Below are positions 26,161 to 29,238 of a stretch of DNA of 29,238 bases, in pieces. The position numbers and the translations under genes are program-made. This stretch comes from a virus (lineage: Duplodnaviria; Caudoviricetes). The DNA lies in the IMG/VR virus record IMGVR_UViG_3300005662_000156, positions 1 to 29,238 of that record; one strand, given 5' to 3'. Within the stretch, counting starts at the first letter, position 1. Every line of letters starts with the position of its first letter. Below the pieces are notes generated by a model that was not told the DNA's origin, ran no database searches, and saw only the letters and a list, made by a program, of their open reading frames with translations.

Positions 26161-26672
26161 CCTATTTCTTTTACATTTACGTTGATTTTCGGCAGGGACC
26201 GTAACAAGTTTTTGCGAGTTGCCTGGTTGTCCTGGCTCTCAGTACCTACTTCCAGTCTCTGACGAAATTGTGCGCGGATTACCGCTATATGCTCTGGAGT
26301 GCTTTTAGCGATCTCCTTTAACCCGTCCGTGCCACCTATGGCCTTTAGTGCCTCTGGTGACAGTTTGGCGGCTTCTTCTTCGGCGTAGTACAGGGAGCGT
26401 GAACCTGCCTTTGCTACGGTGTTCCATAATTCTGACCAGTCAACTGCTTCGGCTTTACGGCCTTTAATGACCTCCTGGTTGATTTCTCCGACTGAGGGAG
26501 GGAAAGCTCTAGCCTCTGAGAGAAGTTTCGCCACAGCGAGCTGTGCTTCGTTATACGAGCTATGAGCAAGAACGACCTGCCATACATTTACCCTTTCCTC
26601 GGTGCAAACGACCTTGTTTCCATACTCTGCTCTTAAAATGAGCATCAGTTGTTTGATTTGTTCAACATTCAT
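26157..26672 (-). CDS. Replicative helicase loader/inhibitor-like protein (SPP1 G39P-like N-terminus)
   Basis: Likely start ATG 26672; L..L...Y, VNVWQVVL..SSYNEAQLAV, FPPSVGEI, then ALKAIGG..L..RAQFRQ. Confidence 0.75.
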   Translation of the reverse strand: MNVEQIKQLMLILRAEYGNKVVCTEERVNVWQVVLAHSSYNEAQLAVAKLLSEARAFPPSVGEINQEVIKGRKAEAVDWSELWNTVAKAGSRSLYYAEEEAAKLSPEALKAIGGTDGLKEIAKSTPEHIAVIRAQFRQRLEVGTESQDNQATRKNLLRSLPKINVNVKEIG

Positions 26673-26731
26673 AAACTTTTTTGTCTCCAATTAAACTTTT
26701 TTTGCAGAGAGGGTCTTGACAAGATGGGTGT

Positions 26732-26759
26732 CCCTCCCCCCTAATACCCCCCACCCCCC
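26732..26759 (-). other. G-quadruplex-type motif G6-T-G6-TATTA-G6-A-G3
   Basis: C-runs on + at 26732-34, 26736-41, 26747-52, 26754-59. Confidence 0.7.
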
Positions 26760-26762
26760 TAC

Positions 26763-26969
26763 TCATTCACTAATCTCGATAACAGCCTTAGCTCTGTCTG
26801 TTAAAAAGAATACCTTCCCCCAATACCCCATTAGTGAGTTAGTAGGATCAACTAGTAAGTAGTTAGTTAGATCAATCGTCTTCCGGTAGGAAGATGTGTA
26901 TCTATCATTTAAACACCCTCTATCGTGTATTGGCATAAGTTGCTTTGTTTTAGGGTATTTGATACTCAT
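26763..26969 (-). CDS. Dubious 68-aa ORF (may be a non-coding origin region)
   Basis: Open frame but no clear SD and low-complexity TAGT repeats. Confidence 0.3.
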   Translation of the reverse strand: MSIKYPKTKQLMPIHDRGCLNDRYTSSYRKTIDLTNYLLVDPTNSLMGYWGKVFFLTDRAKAVIEISE

Positions 26970-27013
26970 TTATTGATTTTCGGTAGCTAGTCACTGTCGA
27001 TTGTCTCCAATCG

Positions 27014-27057
27014 CCGAGGGTAAGTAGTTTTTTGATTCTACCTACCCTCGGTTTTTT
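27014..27057. terminator. 14-bp hairpin 3' of the tRNA; T6 tract on + strand
   Basis: Arms 27014-27027 and 27038-27051; one G.U on -, a mismatch on +; could be a terminator or a processing/leader stem. Confidence 0.6.
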
Positions 27058-27059
27058 AT

Positions 27060-27135
27060 TGGCTGAAGCGGGAGGATTCGAACCTCCGACATGACGGTTA
27101 ACAGCCGTCTGTTCTACCAACTGAACTACGCTTCA
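27060..27135 (-). tRNA. trnN: tRNA-Asn (anticodon GTT), CCA encoded
   Basis: 76 nt: acceptor TGAAGCG/CGCTTCA, D arm GTTC/GAAC, anticodon arm GACGG-CTGTTAA-CCGTC, T arm GGAGG-TTCGAAT-CCTCC, G73, CCA. Confidence 0.97.
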
Positions 27136-27145
27136 GTATTAACCT

Positions 27146-27397
27146 TTAGTCTTCTTTACTCTTTGCAAATACATTACTGGTATCTACCGTGATCCGAAGG
27201 TCTCGTCCTGCTCTATCAAAACTACACACTTCAAAAATTTTAACAGCGGTCGCAGCAACCCACTTGTCTATCTCGTCACTTAAATCCTGCATCGCCTGCA
27301 CACGAAGGTTTCTAACAGCTTCCTTAATGTGTTGCTCAAGATAGGTTCTTAGCTCTTTCTCAAAAGTGTTATGCAAGTCAAAATTTACTGTAGCCAT
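27146..27397 (-). CDS. Hypothetical protein
   Basis: 83 aa, strong SD GAGGAGAGG. Confidence 0.75.
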   Translation of the reverse strand: MATVNFDLHNTFEKELRTYLEQHIKEAVRNLRVQAMQDLSDEIDKWVAATAVKIFEVCSFDRAGRDLRITVDTSNVFAKSKED

Positions 27398-27416
27398 ATC
27401 CTCTCCTCAACCACCG

Positions 27417-27596
27417 CTATTCGTTGTCTACATTAACCCAATTACTAATAGCCTCGTTTGCCGCTTCCAGCATGGACTTTTTTTCTTCCGCCGCTAAATC
27501 TTTAAACTTTTCCAATAGTTCTGCTTCCAGGTAAATTGTGTAACGAACGTACCCTTCTCTCGGCTTGTCGTAACCAGGCTTATAATAACGGATCAT
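27417..27596 (-). CDS. Ribbon-helix-helix DNA-binding protein, 59 aa (not in the ORF track)
   Basis: Hand-translated MIRYYKPGYDKPREGYVRYTIYLEAELLEKFKDLAAEEKKSMLEAANEAISNWVNVDNE; ATGA overlap with bet. Confidence 0.8.
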   Translation of the reverse strand: MIRYYKPGYDKPREGYVRYTIYLEAELLEKFKDLAAEEKKSMLEAANEAISNWVNVDNE

Positions 27597-28270
27597 TTTT
27601 TCTTTCCACTAGACGACTTTCTTTCTGCTTCCCACGGAAGATCATCGTCGGTAAAAACCACATCAACTAGCTCTCCAGTTTGCTTGTTCAAGACCTCTTT
27701 CGTCTTCACCACAAGCTCTGGCTGAACCTCAACAAACTCTTCTTTTGGCGCTGCATACTTAACAGGCATTTCCTCTTCTGTATACAAGCCATTTAATTCT
27801 TGAGAGAACGCCTTACGCAACGCGATGGATTCTGCGACCTTTTTGATCATGATTCGTGGCTTGTATTTCCACAGACCGTTTCCAGTGTCGTAATCGGCCA
27901 TCATAGCCTCGCCTTCCATCGGATACTTCCTGTCCTTGCGGTAAATGCGACACCAAGCGCCAATGAAACTGGTATCGCCTACGGACTTTACCCACTCACC
28001 GTCTTTGTTAATCATGCCACCCTCGCATCCATCAAATTCAGGATGAGCGTTTGCTATGGTCCAATAGCCATTGATACCCGTCATAAGCTGTACGCGATCT
28101 CCGGCCTTTATAAACCAGATTTCTTTCTTAAACGGATTTAACTTAGTGCTCTTGCAGTACTCAAGAAACAGCGCAAACTCTGCATCTGTAGCTCCGCGAG
28201 CAACTGTGTGTTTTAGCACTTTGATAATGTGTGGGTCTTGATAGTTAACTGTAGTTAATTCGGTAGTCAT
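27593..28270 (-). CDS. bet: Single-strand annealing protein Bet/RecT
   Basis: ATDAEFALFLEYCK..LNPFKKEIWFIK, TGINGY..IA, GAWCRIYRKD, P..MIKKVAESIALRKAF, GLYTEEEM. Confidence 0.93.
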   Translation of the reverse strand: MTTELTTVNYQDPHIIKVLKHTVARGATDAEFALFLEYCKSTKLNPFKKEIWFIKAGDRVQLMTGINGYWTIANAHPEFDGCEGGMINKDGEWVKSVGDTSFIGAWCRIYRKDRKYPMEGEAMMADYDTGNGLWKYKPRIMIKKVAESIALRKAFSQELNGLYTEEEMPVKYAAPKEEFVEVQPELVVKTKEVLNKQTGELVDVVFTDDDLPWEAERKSSSGKKK

Positions 28271-28278
28271 TGCTTCTC

Positions 28279-28704
28279 CTACTTATCGTTAAGAATAAGG
28301 TATGTGCTCATCATATCCATGTACAAATCGTTCCGTGAACACCCACGCTTCTCAGCGATTTTGGTGAACTTTTCATGAACAGAAAGCGGCACTTGTTTGA
28401 TTGTTATTGCTATTGAACTCTTCGAAATATTGTTGGCTTTCTTAACGAGTTTCTTGTTGATTTTAACGCGATGCTTTTTGCCAACCTTTGCTTGACACAC
28501 TCGGCAATAAGGTTGCAATCCATCCTTAGCGTTTACTGATTTATTGAAGCTCTCTGCCGTCTTTGCGGTGTTGCAATGCTTGCACGTTTTTAAAACTTCT
28601 TTCTTGCGTGTTGGTAACTTTGCAAGCGGAGTAGGCCAAGTTAATAGTTCTTCCGTTTTTGTTGCTGGTATTTTGTTGGTTTTCTTAAACAATTTCCAAA
28701 TCAT
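28279..28704 (-). CDS. Zn-ribbon plus ribbon-helix-helix protein
   Basis: KTCKHC...F....KDGLQPYCRVC then ITIKQVPLSVHEKFTKIAEKRGCSRND; SD TTGGAG. Confidence 0.75.
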   Translation of the reverse strand: MIWKLFKKTNKIPATKTEELLTWPTPLAKLPTRKKEVLKTCKHCNTAKTAESFNKSVNAKDGLQPYCRVCQAKVGKKHRVKINKKLVKKANNISKSSIAITIKQVPLSVHEKFTKIAEKRGCSRNDLYMDMMSTYLILNDK

Positions 28705-28727
28705 AGTCTTTTATCTCCAATTCAATT

Positions 28728-28785
28728 TTCCGAATTTTTATTTCACCCAAAACCTAAAGTTCCGAATTTTATTTTCACCCCAAAA
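28728..28785. repeat. Imperfect ~25-bp direct repeat, 32-nt period
   Basis: TTCCGAATTTTTATTTCACCCAAAA and TTCCGAATTTTATTTTCACCCCAAAA. Confidence 0.8.
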
Positions 28786-28906
28786 AAATCTGGCTGGCGG
28801 TCAGTCTGGCTGCAGTGGTTTAGGTCGTCCGGGACCCGGCATGCGGTCCCTGTCCGGTCCCTGCTTAGGTCTGCAGGTCTCCCTTTGGGTGGTTTTTTAG
28901 GGGTGT

Positions 28907-28990
28907 TTACCCTTTCCTGAGCTTTTCCCAATTGTATCCTGTCCAGAATGCTACCGCTCCATAAGTGATTACTAGTATTGCTGACGACAT
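28907..28990 (-). CDS. 27-aa putative membrane micro-protein
   Basis: MSSAILVITYGAVAFWTGYNWEKLRKG; SD GGAG 9 nt upstream of ATG. Confidence 0.6.
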   Translation of the reverse strand: MSSAILVITYGAVAFWTGYNWEKLRKG

Positions 28991-29038
28991 TTTTGTTTTC
29001 TCCATTCGTTGTGGGAGTCATTCCCAATCGACACGCCG

Positions 29039-29066
29039 ACTGTATCACTACTGTATACAGAAGCAA
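29039..29066 (-). promoter_or_regulatory. Putative sigma70-type promoter
   Basis: TTGCTT-N16-TACAGT with extended TG; spacer holds the palindrome CTGTATACAG. Confidence 0.5.
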
Positions 29067-29108
29067 GGGGATAGGATAAAAATATTACCCTATCCCCCCA
29101 CTTTTTTT
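29067..29108. terminator. Intrinsic terminator-like hairpin, possibly bidirectional
   Basis: GGGGATAGG/CCTATCCCC stem (29067-29097), T7 run at 29102-29108 on +, UUGCUU after the stem on -. Confidence 0.7.
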
Positions 29109-29238
29109 AGCATTCGTTAGAGTCAAATTGATCTGACCATTCGGCAATCGGTTCTCCCATTTCCCTCGCTCCATAGTGATCCATCAAGAACGAATTTGCC
29201 ATTCCCTCATAATTAACTAGATCGTGAGGGTAGATCGC
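29107..29238 (-). CDS. Hypothetical protein, C-terminal fragment
   Basis: Open from the window edge: AIYPHDLVNYEGMANSFLMDHYGAREMGEPIAEWSDQFDSNEC-stop, followed by the hairpin. Confidence 0.55.
   Translation of the reverse strand, partial: AIYPHDLVNYEGMANSFLMDHYGAREMGEPIAEWSDQFDSNEC

Noticed and set aside
26716-26747. Plus-strand promoter TTGACA...TAATAC
   Set aside because: 20-nt spacer is too long and no downstream + strand gene.
27060-27135. tRNA as prophage attachment site
   Set aside because: Phage-type genes on both sides; no integrase or duplicated tRNA 3' end in the window.
28721-28790. Mini CRISPR array
   Set aside because: Only two imperfect repeats with ~7 nt between them; no spacer-length unique sequence or cas genes.
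28544-29066. 118-aa (+) and 107-aa (-) ORFs over the repeat region
   Set aside because: TTG starts without SD, crossing repeats and promoter-like DNA; the 27-aa ORF has better initiation signals.
1-29238. Stop-codon reassignment
   Set aside because: Genes tile densely under the standard code; TAA, TAG and TGA all end genes; the tRNA is not a suppressor.
1-29238. Specific host or phage genus assignment
   Set aside because: Cannot be supported without database searches; only a peptidoglycan-bearing bacterial host is implied.

Overview
The window is a ~29 kb slice of a tailed dsDNA bacteriophage genome with short-tailed (podovirus, P22/BPP-1-style) architecture. The + strand (1-23428) is one tightly packed late operon: terminase large subunit (5' truncated), long portal, an appendage cassette, scaffold, major capsid, capsid decoration and RcGTA-like head-spike genes, head-tail adaptor, nozzle, ejection proteins (the last with a lytic transglycosylase), tail fibre with chaperone, and a lysis cassette (DUF5675-type endolysin, two small membrane proteins, a 16-Cys exported protein). 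The - strand (23429-29238) holds early/middle genes: VRR-NUC and PD-(D/E)XK-like nucleases, a helicase-loader-inhibitor-like protein, tRNA-Asn(GTT), Bet/RecT and two ribbon-helix-helix proteins. The most striking unexplained signals are non-coding: (1) a candidate bistable RNA switch at the scaffold/capsid junction that either buries or frees the capsid RBS and AUG; (2) a duplicated, covarying leader hairpin the same distance upstream of two capsid-accessory genes; (3) strand-specific 14-bp hairpins directly before a recurring TTGGAGAC ribosome-binding motif; (4) a G-quadruplex-type tract in an origin-like region with no initiator gene. All protein family calls are from recalled motifs and gene order, and all RNA structures were paired by hand; no searches or folding were run.
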